From positions 4,402,001-4,466,000 of the forward strand of contig OZ059898.1 of assembly GCA_964057225.1 (NCBI GenBank): a stretch of 64,000 bases of DNA. The letters are read 5' to 3'. The DNA comes from Auanema rhodensis. Its lineage: Eukaryota; Animalia; Nematoda. Position numbers and translations under genes: made by a program. A model generated the notes under the pieces. That model was not told the DNA's origin. It saw only the letters and a list, made by a program, of their open reading frames with translations, and made no database searches. Positions 27,261 through 44,371 of the stretch are shown in pieces. Each line of letters starts with the position of its first letter. Position 1 is the first letter of the stretch.

Positions 27261-30200
27261 ATAGTAAAAGTAACTATATGTATTTCAAATTAAATAGTTT
27301 GAATATAAGATTAGAATAGTTATTATAGATTTCATTTAAAGTAAGTCAATGAATTAACGAGGAAGAAGAAAATGATGTTGCTTTGGAAAAAGTCATTGAA
27401 ATCGCAACATATGTCCGGTTCTAATGCCACAAGAAAACAGCCATAGCTAGAACAATTCGTCTATCAGTTGGGTCTCCAAGCTAGCTTATCGGCTTGTTGT
27501 GAATGATATGGATAAGATGATGACGATAGGGTAAGTCATAACGCAAATGATCATTATGAAATCAATTTTAAAGTTTAAAAAACAGAGAATTTGAAAGTTT
27601 TGAAAAAGAATTATAAGTTTAATTCATAAGCATTTTGTATTAATCAATTATATATAAATATACATTTACTAAATGAATTCTATATTGTTCATTTAATGAA
27701 AATGAGCTGTGAAATATGCCAGAAGCAGAAAATATTTGGCAATTTTGAAAAGGAAAGATATACGACGATTTACCGTCTTTGCTTTCATTTCAGGACGTCG
27801 TTCAGGGGGTAATTCAGTTCAGTAGTTCAGCATACATCGATATTTATTCATTCAGTAAGATATACCAGATGGTCGTTTGTTCTTTGCTTCCTGAAATTGG
27901 TCCTTTTTTTGGGGGCCGTTTAATTACCCGAATTGTGGATAAAAACCCGTTGATGGGGGTCTTTTGACTGGCAACATTTTGACTGGCCCGGTTCGTGGAT
28001 GATAATGGCGTCTCGATGTCCATCACATTCCTCCAACTGTTTTTTTTTATTTTTTTTTTGTCTCAAATGGCTATATTTCCGTGGAATAGCAATTTTGTTC
28101 TTGATCAGTAAAATGACATGAACGAGATGAGAAAATTTCAATCAAAGGAGAAGCTTTGAAAAAATATTTTTCAATTCTTGGAAATATTCCAAACAAATTA
28201 TTTGGATTTGATCAGTTAAGTTCAATAGAACATAAAAAATATATGATTAAACATATTGATTGTGTATATATACTAGTTATATAGAAGAAAAACTATTTTG
28301 AAGAACTGTAAAAGGGGGGAGGGGATACTGTAGACCATGTCATGGCATGAAGAGGGAGAGGAAATAGGGAATGAACTGTGTGAGATATGTCTGCCTCTCT
28401 ATCATCTATCTGAAGGTTGTGTTGCGATGAGTTGTGGGAGAACCCCACCTCCCCTCCCCCTCGTTCTCTCTCTCTCTTTCTGTCTAAAAGGGACAATCGC
28501 ACTATACCACAAGTTTAAGCCATATAACAGATCGAACGAAGAGAATTGAGAGAAAGAAGCAAGAGAATTCCATTTCACGAAATGGAAATCACTATATAGA
28601 CAACGAAATATTCATGATATTAACGACGATGAAGACAACGACACTGAGGATAAATTTCAAGAATAAATAAAAGGATGTCGGGTTAACATCAGGTGTAGAG
28701 AAAATAAAAACCTTGATAGTTGATAGAAAAACGAAAGATAAGCGAAGAAGAGTATGATATGGACGTCAGATGTGACAGCAATAGGTTGAGCTGACATCAA
28801 CGATATGTCTATCATCTGATGAACACAAACCATAGACACACAACATTCTACACTGAGAAGTTGTCTGATGTAAGTGGCAGTTTTAGTTAAAACTAACAAT
28901 CAGGGTGGCTTGCGCAATAATAGAATGATTATAAAATTTAAGCGAAAACCAGTGACAATAAGAAGAAAAACGATGGAAGAAAAGACAAGTTAACGAGAAA
29001 CTTAATGAAGAAAGCCATAAAGGAAAACTGTGTATGTGTCAACCTCAGTTAAATGAATAAAATTATAAATTGTGTGGAGATTAAGAGAGAAAGAGAGAGA
29101 GGTGGAGGGGGGGGGGGATTGAGAAAGGGATGACATGAGTTTGAAAGACAGGAAATAGAGACGATAAATAGTCGAGTGGGAAAAAGTTTAGTGAAAGAAC
29201 GATTGGATTACAGATGAAACATTATAAACAAAAGAGAGAGAGAAAGAGAACATTTTTTTGTTTTTTTTTCCTTAGTTTAGTAGATAGAAAAAGAGATGAT
29301 GTAGATGATAAGAAGAGTATCAACATCATCATCATCATCATGTAAGCCGATGCTATATACAGAAAAGAAAAAAAACGAAATGAAACATTAAAAGAGAGAA
29401 GGTTATAAAGAGAGAAGAAGAGAAAAAATGAGGGAAAAAAGAAAGACTTATATAGATATGAAGAGAGAGAGAGAGAGAGGGAGAGAGGGAGAGAGGGTAA
29501 AAATGAAGACAGAGAAATGACAATGTGTGTGGTAAACGATAAGCGTTGTACTGAGGTTATTCCAACTTATGTTATACGACTGGAATAGAAAGATCCGACT
29601 TACAGATGAGTATGTAATCCGTATCATTCAGATTATTATTATAATTTATATGATACAAGACGTGAAAAAAGAAGAAATTGAATGCGTAATCATAATAAAA
29701 ATCTATTTAGATACTAAATATACATATAGTTTGTATATAATGTTCTTAATTTAAAAGAAAAAACCTTATATTGATTAGAAAACTTGTAATAAGTTCAATA
29801 ATCCGTTACACCTTTAAGAACTAAGCCAAGTGGAACGGGAAAAAATGAATTATCACTTTCATTTGTCTTTTTTTTTATTAATATAGTTAGTTTTTCTTAG
29901 AAAAATATCCTGTTTAATACATTTTATTATATAAAATAATATTCTTTTAATAATATTTGTTTAAATTAATAATAAATAACTCTTATATCTATCTATATAG
30001 ATAATAGATAACATAGTAATAAATTGAAAATGTTGGAAATTTTCCAAACTAAACAAACATATAACCTAAGTTTCCGGTTCATTAAAGGTCAAAACGAAAC
30101 ATTGATTCATTCATTCACATATATTTTCTCATCATTTAAAGGATTAATGAATTTTCAACAAATAAAATGAAATAATATTAAAATTAAAATAAAAAATTCT

Positions 30201-33200
30201 TTTTATAATATTTAAATAAAAGTTCAAATATATATATATATATATATATATTAATTAATTATTTAAATATAATTAATTATATTTTTTAAAATAAAATAAA
30301 AAGAAATATAAGAAATTATTTTATTTATTTATAAGATATTAATGTAAAACTAGTTCTATCTTTTACACTATATTCAGTGTCAAGGCAATACTACCACACT
30401 AATACTGATGGGCGGGATCAAAGCATACTGTAACTGCAAAAAAAACTGCGCATGACATTATTCATGTCCAATGACGGAATAGCTCTGAGTGCATGAATTT
30501 AATTTGAAAATGATTTTCTAACAAGAAAACTCTAGAGACTTTTGATATAAAAAATATAATTTAAACCATATAAATTATCTTTAAAAACAAAAATATTTAT
30601 AAATTAATAATTGAGATAGAAGATATGTTAAGCTTAAAGATGTTATGTCAACTTGACAAATTTCAATCTAAGTTACGTTTCCCTTTGTAAAAAGGCAACA
30701 GAGAGTATTGTCGTAGAAAAGAAGACGAAGACATCTTGATCGTAAATCAGCATCGTTAACTACGACAATTCGATCGCGGCGGTCATCTGGGGGTACAAGG
30801 AGAAGAAGACGAGGAGGAGGAGGAGGAGGAAACGAAAGAAATATATAGAGGATGAACTGGCAAGGACTGAGATGAGGAAACGGATTGACAAAGAATTAAA
30901 ATACAAAAAAGAGAGAATTAGAAGAGAGAGTTCGGAAATTGCGTCGTGAAAATGTTGCGAAGGAACCAGAGAATTTATATAAGACAGCTTTGAAGAAAAG
31001 AAGTAAAAATAATAAAATATAAGATATTATGGGATTAGTTTCCTTATAGACTATAACGAGAACTATCTTTACTTCTGATTATCTGCTCCATAATCGGATA
31101 AACTGATAATCAATGTCACTTCTTCAGATTTATGAACACACTAAGTGACAATGAAATAACGCTGTAATACTCGTTCTCTATAGTTAGTACTACTTTCAGT
31201 AATCTGCAAGTTCAACTTGATTGCAACGTATTTAACAGGTATAGTCAGCATGATTAACCGGAAATAGGCTAAATGAACAGAGGAGTGTCGTTGGAGCTAC
31301 TCTTTTACTCTTTTACCGACCTCCCTTCTCTCATCAATCCTCTATCTTCCTCTTTTCTACGTCTAGCTACCACATAGGTTGTTGCGGGGTGGCCTCAGAT
31401 CGTTTCAGCTGGTCGTCACGGCTAAATGAACACAAAGAAATGATTCGTGGTCCGGGGTCACAAATGGCCAAGACGAAGAATGCCATAACTTTGAACGAAA
31501 AGGCTCCAATTCTAGTTGAATAGGTAAAGTATAATGCATATAGATATATTATAGAAATAATATAAGGTTAATTTAATGATGAACTATCGAAACAAGCCGG
31601 ATATGGCCAGGTGAGAAAAGGCCAATGATGATTTTATGTTTCATTGTTTGCGATTGACTGACAAAAAAAAGAAGGAAAAAGGATATTTTATTCCAAAAAA
31701 TTAGAAAAAGATGTCTGAGATGAAACATGTACATCAAATCTTAGAGTAAAATTTATATTTTAAATTTCAGAAATAGATGTCGTTTGCCAATATCACTGAA
31801 TAACGCCAAAGGCAAAAACGAATCTACACTGTTGCCATTATCCGGGTTTGTCATGTCAATGAGTCAATCAATCAGCTAGACGAAGAAGGATGATGATGAT
31901 GATGGTATTGGTACATCAACACATCTCAGATTACAAATACACTAAACGTTTTTTTTTGGAAACAAATGAAGAAAAAACAATAAAAATGAAATTTTATAAA
32001 TATTTAATTATATAATTAATATAATATTAATTTCATTATTAAAAATAAATATTCAGTTATTCCTTCAATCTCTTCACTTCACTTGAACTCTTTCATTCAT
32101 CTCACTTTATATATTTAATTCTTTAATAACCAAAATCTCCATTTCATTTTGTGAATTTTCACAGAAAATAAAAATCTACAAGCAAATATAATTTCTGGCT
32201 ATTTTAGTTACGTGAGACATCTGGATGACTGACATCGTGCTGTACAACAATAGGATCAGCTCTTAGATTGCAACTGACTGGTTAGCTGTTAAAATCTATG
32301 CGGGTCTGTTTTGACTCAGACAATACGACAGAATACGGTAGCTCATCTATCTTATTTCTATTTTTTCATTTTTTTTGTATAAAAATTACATTTTTATATT
32401 TCAAAAGGGAAAGAAAAATGAAGAAGAAGATTGCAATATAAGAAAAAATAATTCTGAAAGTTTGTTTTTAACATATATAATATAAATTAAATTATATTAA
32501 TTATATTATCAATTCTGAAACAATTGAATAAATAATTCAAAGAATAAAAATATAATTTTTTTTAAATTTAGTTATAAATGGTCGAAATAGAAAAACTTTA
32601 AAAATTTGATTATTAGATCAAAAGTTGATAGTTTAAAGATGCAAATTATTACATCTTTATCATCTATCATAATGATAATGTAACAAAACAATTTATAAAG
32701 AGAGAAAGAGAGAAAGATAGAAAGATAGAAAGATAGAGAGAGAATACCTTCTATATAGTATTTTTCCTTATTTCAAAAAAAAAACAAGAAAAAGAAAGAA
32801 AGATAAGATAATCTTCTAGCTCCTTGTTTTAAAAAAAAAATTAAATATTGAAATTATATAATAAATCAACTTAACTGTTCAATTAAGAGAAAGCCGACAT
32901 ATATTATATAAACTCATAAATATTTTTGAAAATAAATTCTTTTATAAGTTCCGCTGTTTAGCGACAATTCGACGCCAAACGGCATCTTTCAAGTTACCAA
33001 AGAGTTTTTAAATAATATCAATCATTAGGATAAATGAAATTGAGTTAATCAAAAATAAAAGAAAATTCAGTCAAATTCAAGATATTCACATGAGAACGAC
33101 TAAACAAAAAAAATTTTAAAAAGTATAATGACAACAGTTCCAAGACATATGGTATCACCTACAAAACCTGAGGACAATACTTTCAAAAGAATAAAAAAGG

Positions 33201-35010
33201 CCATAGAAGTGGTCGTTGTCAACCATGTGTTTTAACTCCCAGCTGATGGAACTTCCGTTAAATGGTAAACTATTTTAAAAAGAAAAAAGAAAGGTAAGAC
33301 AAGGAAATTGTGAGTCAGAAATGTTTCCAAAAAAGCTCAGAGTATATAACGATTGAAGAAAATGAGAAATAAAAAGAAATCAAAGTTAAAAAAAAAGGTT
33401 AAAAACTAAAATATATGACAATTCATTGATTCTTAATGAGCTACTAATTAAAATAAAATTTAATTAATGAAGTTGATGAAAAATTGCTGACACATGAGAG
33501 TTAGCAAAAGATGAAAAACAAAAAAAAAAACTTTTCTTCAAAGTTTTCATATCAGTAATGCCGAGTTAATCGGATGATGAGCCCAAATACAAAGTACAAG
33601 ATATACATAGAAGTCATGATAGTTTACGAAACAAATATATTAAAAAATCAATAATATTATAAAAATTTTATAAAAAATATAAAATTATAGTTTAAATAAG
33701 TTTAAATAATTTTAATAAAAAATAATAATAAGCAAAAAAAAAGAAAAAGAAAAGTGAGAATTGTTGAAAAGTGAGTTGAACTGTCAGGTAGACCAATTGA
33801 TATATAAAACTAGTCATATTGAAAGGAATTTTCTCCTTTTGTGGTCAATAATTTAAATATAATGCACTGTTTGATGGTATACCTTGTGAGTCAGATCTAG
33901 GTAGTCGTTTTCAAAATTTCCGATTCAATAGGCTTGTGAGTATAAAACTGATGGACTACTATCCAAATATAAGAGTAACAGTAGTAAAATAATCAAATTT
34001 GATCTATTTTTAACGAAAAAAAAAATTGTTCTTGTAATTGAAAATGACTCAAACGTCATGACAAAGTATAAATTATATTTAATTTAACTATATAATAGTA
34101 CTAGATGTCTATATGAATAAAATATAATATAGTTATCCTGACATCAGACTACATTAACCAACAGCTTGCTTCGGTGAGTAAAGAGCTCTGACTGTCAACA
34201 TCAGTCCTATCACGTAGGTCTAGTTATTGAGCATGAAAACGATTGTGTTATGATAATTGACTTGTCAAGCCGGTTTACATTATTAGACTTTTGACGTTCT
34301 GAGCAGAAAAAAATGTTTCGGAAATACAATTAAGCTGAGATAGATGCTGGATGCTGGTGGACATGTTCTTATAACTTATAAATCATGAACGTTTTTTCAT
34401 TTTCATCTTCTTCAACAAGCCAGAAAAGTATTCTGAAGTATTTGACCACATCTTAGCAAAACGATCACAACCTTACTCCCAGATGTTCTACGAGCGATAA
34501 CGGAGGATCACCTGGTCAGCATCGGTTGTGTCAATGATTTTCTGTCGTCTTTATCGTCTCTTCAGACAATTTTTTTTGTCTTCTCAACCGTTTCCAAACT
34601 CGCAATTTTTTCATCATATGATGCTTCAAACATCTGGATATTGTCAATGTGTTTCTCAAAGAAGTAAAAAACCAAAATGAAATGTGGAAAAAATCAGAAA
34701 AATCAGAGTTCATTTTCAGCTTTCACAGTAAAAAAATAATCAAATTTAAAATAAATTTTATTAACCAATCATTTTGTTAATTTTCATTTGATTGTTGCTA
34801 TATTGAAAGGTGATATAAGATTTCTTTCTTCTCAAATAAACTAAATGTATTTTATAATATATTAACTTGAGGGTTAAATATAATAATTAATAAAGATATA
34901 TATATATTAAACATCTCTATATGACTAATAAAAAGAAAATCAAAAAATCAGTTGTCTTTTCTCCAAATACTGGAACAGTCTAATAAATATTCAGACGAGG
35001 GGAAAGAAAG

Positions 35011-35344
35011 AAATGTTGCGATTCATGGTGCAGGTGGCTTAAATGAAAATGTGTACAGGCAGCCTCGGGAGATGGCTTTCTCCCTTCTCTCTCCAACTTC
35101 TCATACCCTTCCTCTCTCACAATTTATTCTTCGACTTTTCTCTATCTCCTTTTTTTTCTCTACCATTCCACAAAATACAGCATATTTCTCCTTTCCGCCG
35201 AAAACCATTTTTTGCAACAACTAGCCCCCTAGCCAGTCGGGCGGCGATCGTTTGAACGCTCGAAATTGTCTATAAAATGGCTGCGATCGGCACTAAATGG
35301 CCCCAAAACAACTGCACTTTGACCAGAATCGCAACATTTTTCAG
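35011..35344. promoter_or_regulatory. GC-rich regulatory island bracketed by inverted AAATGTTGCGATTC copies
   Basis: Exact 14-nt inverted pair at 35011-35024 and 35326-35339; TATAAAA at 35271; ttttcag ending at 35344. Confidence 0.4.
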
Positions 35345-38208
35345 CCACAAGCCAGCCACCAACAAGTAAAAGAGGGAATGAGAAAGGAGTGGTAGAGGTA
35401 GTAGCGGTACTGAATGAAGAGAGAGAACTATATGTCATTAAGGGAAGGGCACTCAAAGAATAGTAGGATTTGGAAATTAATGATATAGAGAGATGGATGA
35501 ACTAACTGTGAGTAGACAAAAGAGTTGAACAACAGAATATAATAGAAGAAAACAAAGAGATTAATGAGGAAAAGTTAAGATATAATTGGCCCATATTCAA
35601 TATAAATTTATTTGATTGAAGCTTTCATAAATAAGTTTCTTAATAGATGAAGGGATAATCAAAGAAAAAGAAGTAAAAATAATTTAAAAAATGAGTAAAG
35701 ATTCGATAATGAAATTTAAAATTATATAAAAATCATTCGGTATACATTCAACAAAGTTTTAAAAAATATAATTTATATGTAAAGATACAGTATAGCATAA
35801 ATAATTATTTTTTGTTTTATTTAAGTTAGTTGGATTAATAACTTTCAAATCATAGTATAAAACCAAAAGTTTGTTCAACAATTTTTATTTCTCAAGTCCT
35901 TTTAATGCTCTAATTTAATAACCAGTGTGAAAAGTCGTAATCAACATCTTTCAACGCACATGTTTCACCAGAGCTTTTCATCAGATGTCTTGCTTCATTT
36001 CTCTCTTTTCCTTTTATTCTATTTCTTCTTTATATCAAATACAAAGAAATACGTTTTTACAAACAATATTCATATATATATCTTTCTTTAAATATAAACC
36101 ACTTCATTTAGATTATTAGTTTATCTAAACTTTGCCAAGAAAACGAACAATATGATATATCTTCAATCTACACTAATATTATATTAGAGCCCGTTTATAT
36201 GACGAAGACAATTAAATGGTTGGAGCATAATATTTGAGTTTTCTAAGAAAGTTTTAGCCAACATATGTTCTTCATTGTAGATTATGAGTTTAGTTTTCAC
36301 TTCTTGTTAAAAGACAACGTCTTCAACAAGAGAAAAATCATAGATAATCGTGAATTTACTATTCGAAAAAATCTCAAATTTATTGAAATTTCGAATGTCA
36401 ACCATATGATTGTCAGATTTTTTTTTCGTCAAAATGGAACATATAATGAAGACGAAAAAGAAAAAAATGAAACATTTGAAATGGGCGAAATTGCCTATTG
36501 TTGCTTGTTTTTTGAGTTCCTTCAATGGATTTTTCGATTTTCTTTATTATGCAAGGACGATAGAAACATGTTGAAGATTTTGGCAGGCATATTCACACCA
36601 AACAAAGTAATTACTTACTTTTTGATTTTTTTAACGAAAGTATAGTACAGATTAAAGTCAAAAATAAGTGTTTTCATATTTCTGATAGCGGTATTACTCT
36701 GCTTCATAACTACATGAAAAGGTATTAAGTGAATACGAAGTATACAGTTCTGGATATTTTGGACATTTTTGGAATTTATTGGATCTTATTCCTGAATAAT
36801 GAAATCTATTCTTCATTTATCATTCATTCACTTAGCTTTCTTTCCTTTCATACTATTAATTTATCTCACATATGAGAATTGAAATTAAGGAGAGAATAGA
36901 TAATCATAACTCTATGAACTGGAACAATTACCGTAAAAGATGTCGAAACTATCTCAGACAGCAGGTGTTCAGATTGGAATTATACTAATCAGATAAACAT
37001 ATGAATTTGATAAATAAAAATTTAAAACAAGAGTTGAAAAGGGATTCAATCAATATATAATAATATAATAAATATTTTACATATTAAATAAAAAGTCCAA
37101 ATTTGTAGTTACATAAATAGTAGAACAAATGACTAATATTCAAATGCAGTCGTCAAAATTAATGAAATCCATAAAACTCGAAAACAGTACGACATCATAA
37201 CAGTTAAACATGCATTTATGTATATCACCGTCGGATTCCACGACAGAAATCAGTGGTTGTAAAGAAGAATTTGCATGACAACGGTACAAATGACCTCAAA
37301 AAGCGCAAACCCACCTTTCGTCTGGTCTCATCTTCCATGAAAATTCTGTATAAGCAACTCTCATTTATACGGTTTTAGTTTTATGACGACAACTCTTCTC
37401 CCTTCATCGTTTCCTTTCTTAGATTTGAAATATTAACCTTCCTGGCTCAGATTGAGGGATTTCTAGACATTTATAACATAAAAATTTCACAAAGATAAAA
37501 TAAAAATACAAAATTTCGTAGAAAAAAGTCTTCACATAAGTGTTGTAAATGAATAATCAACGATTGATACAGTAGTCCAAGATCATATTCTAGTTGGCGT
37601 CTGAACATAAATTAACAATAACAGGGAACAATAGTTTCTGAAAAATCTTTTTTATAGTATCCAAACATTATATACTTGTATATATGTGTATATTAAACAA
37701 TCAGAATTAAATAAAATTCCAAAATAATGCTTTTAGACAGATTTATAAACTGATAATACTTACTGTTTTCATACAGTTCTCCTCACAATGTTTATAATAT
37801 GAAATAAATAAGTTTCCAGAAACTAAAGCTATTCCTATATCTCCATATCATGTTCCAATTTCAGTGGTTTTTCTCTTCAAATGGAGTAATTCCTTTTAAA
37901 TTACACTAATTTAATGAAAAAATTATAATCATAACTATAATTGGCAATAAAAAATTGTTTTCTAATTAATGTCTCATGCTATATTTATTTCAAAGTTTTT
38001 CTAAAACACTATTATTATTTTCCGATAAGCTCATGTTGACTCACTTCCTTTCAATTATTTAGAAACATTTTTGAACTTCTTTAGAGACTTTCATGATTTG
38101 GCGCATATAGTGTGCTGGCGCTTTTTCTGTTTTTGTTCCTACATTTAAAAATTATTCGTTTAAAATAAAAAATATCTCTTTATTTTCATAAAAATTTAAT
38201 TTCAGAAA

Positions 38209-38785
38209 ATGGCCGGAGTTATATTCGATGATATGTTTTTAGTTAAAACTGTTGATCCTGATGGAAAGAAGTTTGATCGAGTGTCTAGACTTTTTTGCGA
38301 TTCTGAGTCTTTCAAGTTAGTTATCATGATCTCAAGAATACTACTGTATCATTCAGCATGGAGTTGATCTTGGATGTAAACACTCAGCTTTATCCAATGA
38401 ATCTCAATGATAAGTTTCGTCTTATGATTGCTACTTCATTAAGAGACGATGGATTACCAGATGAAGGAGAATATGATGCACAGGTACGATATGATTGCTT
38501 GCGTTGCTGCTAAATATTAGTTGTTAAGGCTCAATACCCTAGAATGAATCAATTTGAATATGTTATGTATGGAAAAGTTTACCGTATCGAGGGAGAGCAA
38601 AGTGAAAATGAACCTCGTTTAGCTGCTTATGCATCTTTCGGTGGTTTGTTGATGAGACTTAAAGGAGAGGTTAATAAAATCTATGAACACTGCAAAACTC
38701 CTATTTTTTATTTTAGGCATTCAATTTACATGGATTCGAACTCGACTCAAATATATACTTGCTAGTAAAAAAAGTTGCTTTTTAA
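38209..38785 (+). CDS. rpb-8: RNA polymerases I/II/III shared subunit RPABC3/RPB8 (POLR2H)
   Basis: 4 exons (introns 38316-38356, 38484-38528, ~38670-38717). [28 protein letters not shown]...[14 protein letters not shown]...[14 protein letters not shown]...YLLVKKVAF*. tttcag trans-splice site at 38205. Confidence 0.97.
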
Positions 38786-38959
38786 TTTTTGCTGTTGACT
38801 ATCCATGTTCGTTTTCGTTATTGTTATCTCTTTCACAATTGCATCACTTTCTTGCAAGAATATGTATAAATAATCTCTTAATTGTACATACATACTGGTT
38901 TCATAACCAATGACAATATTTTATTTTAATGTATTCAATTTATTTGCATATTAACTAAG

Positions 38960-41903
<2,944 letters not shown>

Positions 41904-42378
41904 TCAAAAAGTGCGTAAACAAAAAATGATTAAATGTGTCTAAACTTTAGAGTATTGTTCTTTTTCTTTTTTTTTGAGAAACTCTTATCACGTGTGGAAA
42001 TTTTTATCATTATCGCTGCTCATCAACATGTTGATTACAATGTACAAGTGAAGTCACATGAGTGATTTTCTTTTGTCTGGATAATATCCATTAGCGACCT
42101 TGTTCATTATAAAGAAAATCGAGATTAAAGATTTTATCTTTGTTGAATCTCTCGTCTGCATGTGTACATGGTTTCTTATTTATTTTCATTGTTTTCGCCT
42201 TTGATACATTGTTGAGAATTTAATTGTTGGGTTTTTATACTTTTAGTTTTTCTTGTTTGTTTTTTATTTTGGGACACTTAATAAAATCAAAGAAAATACC
42301 TATAGATATAATCGTGTGGAATTTTCCTGCTTATTCTTTTCGTTTCGCATTATTTGCAACAGTTTTTTCAACCCAGAG

Positions 42379-43868
42379 ATGGAAAAACTAGAAGGTTCAA
42401 GTCAAATTCAAATATCATGTGCATGGACCCAAGGACAAAGAACTCATATGGAAGATAAACATTGTTTTCATATTGAGAGAACTGAATCTGGAAAGGTTTC
42501 AGATCACTACTTCCGGCACAACTAGTTGCTTTTACAGATCAAATTCATACTATTAGGAGTATTTGATGGGCATGGTGGAATTAATGCTGCTGAAAGTGCT
42601 GCTCGCTTATTTCCACATCAAGTAAGCTTGATCAGTAGTAATCAGTGATATAAATTCTTCTAATATCGAGCGAGATACAAAGGTAAAATTTTGTTTCTAG
42701 ATGAGATTGGCACTCGAGGAATTCAGTTGCGTTCGGAAAGCTATGTCCCGAGCTTTTCATAAAACAAATAAATTAATGCTATCTGAATCTAGTAATATTA
42801 TATATTTGTTTAAAACATATTTTCCAATTTAAGAGAATTGGAGGAATTCTTTTGGTACTGTACCAAGTGTAGCTGGTACAACTGCTACAGTTGCCCTTAT
42901 AATGAATAATCACATCGTGGTTGGAAACTGTGGTGATTCCGTAGCTGTGTTAGGAATAAAAAATATATTAGGTTTCACAATGATATTTTAATATTTTTTA
43001 CTCTATTTATTTAAGACGATTCACAACAATGGTATCCTGTCGGTAAACGTGCTTCAGCTCTGCACAGCGTTCGAGGCGACGAAGCTAGAAGAATACGAAG
43101 AATGGGAGGAAAAGTTTGTTAATATTTCATCTAGGATACTGTTTTGTTAATCTGAGTTGATTTAGATTGGATATGGGAAAAGCTCAAATGAGCCTAGAGT
43201 GGTATTTCAACGTTGCGTAGATCATTGTTGGATATCAAGAGCTATATGTAGTCATCATCGTATTGAGACTCCTCTATTAAATATGACGCGAGCTCTTGGT
43301 TTCAATTGTTTTAAGTTGAGTAGAATTAACATTCAATATTTAGGTGATTTTTGGTCTTATCTGCCTGAAGTGGATGATTTTGTTGTCTCATGTGAGCCAC
43401 ACATTGCAACTTATAATACATTAGATGGTTTGTCAATAATATACATTCAGAACTAAACAAATTTTATCAGATTCCATATTTGCTATATGTCTTCATACAG
43501 ATGGTGTGACACTGACTCCAGCTTCAATAGCTCATATGTTAGCTAATCATATAAACGACATTGACAAGGTTGAAAATACTATATTGATCCTCTATATTTT
43601 ATATTTTATTTAGGAAAATATTATAAAAAAGTCAGAATGTTTAGCAAAAGATATATTAGAAAATTCAAATACTTTTTTAAAGCATCAAAAAATAATTAAT
43701 ACGGATAACGCCACAGTTATTACGGTAAATGATAATCAAATTTTATAATATAGATTCAAATAAAACAATTCTTTTATTTAGGTTGTTTTCGAGTGTAAAG
43801 ATGATTGTATTTCAAAAGCTGTTAGTAATGATCTAGCGAACGAAGAAACCATTATTATAACACTGTAA
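42379..43868 (+). CDS. PP2C/PPM phosphatase, divergent PPM1D (Wip1)-like; 3' end uncertain
   Basis: 10 exons. QGQRTHMED, GVFDGHGG, WRNSFGTVPSVAGTTATV, VGNCGDS, EARRIRRMGGK, LNMTRALGDFWSY...FVVSCEP, LHTDGV, DNATVI. The W..PS..GTTA and ALGDxWSY..FVVS.EP segments are typical of PPM1D. Confidence 0.85.
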
Positions 43869-44371
43869 AATTTAGAATTTGTTAAATGTGCCTTAATTTT
43901 TAAATCTCACTTCATAATTCAGGATCTTTTATTTTGATTAAATCTGTCTTTCATTAAAAACGATTCCATACATGTGAATGATCTCAATTATTGCCTATAT
44001 GTTTAATAAATTGTTTTGTTTATTTTTATACAGTACTTTTGTTGAAGAAGAAAGCCTTTGCGTTTTGAAGCGTGCTCTACTTATAACTCTGCTGGTCTTC
44101 CATCTCTCCATCATACATACCCTCTTGGTATGACCCATTCCTGCCATATTGATTTTAACAAAGAACAGTTCTAAGTTCAAACGTTTTAAATTTTTTTTGT
44201 TCATGCTGAAACATTAAAAAGACTTCGTTTTCTTAACAAATTGTCGTTCATATAATTATTTAAATACATATTCTTGTAAATTCTCTAAAGGTTTAGTTTT
44301 TATAAGGTATTTAGTATTTTATTATGTTACAGGTTTTGTAAAACGTTGATCTTCATAAGAATTTGACCGCT

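Noticed and set aside
27844-28026. GC-richer ORF MDIETPLSSTNRASQ...
   Set aside because: No convincing acceptor or homology; more likely a regulatory island.
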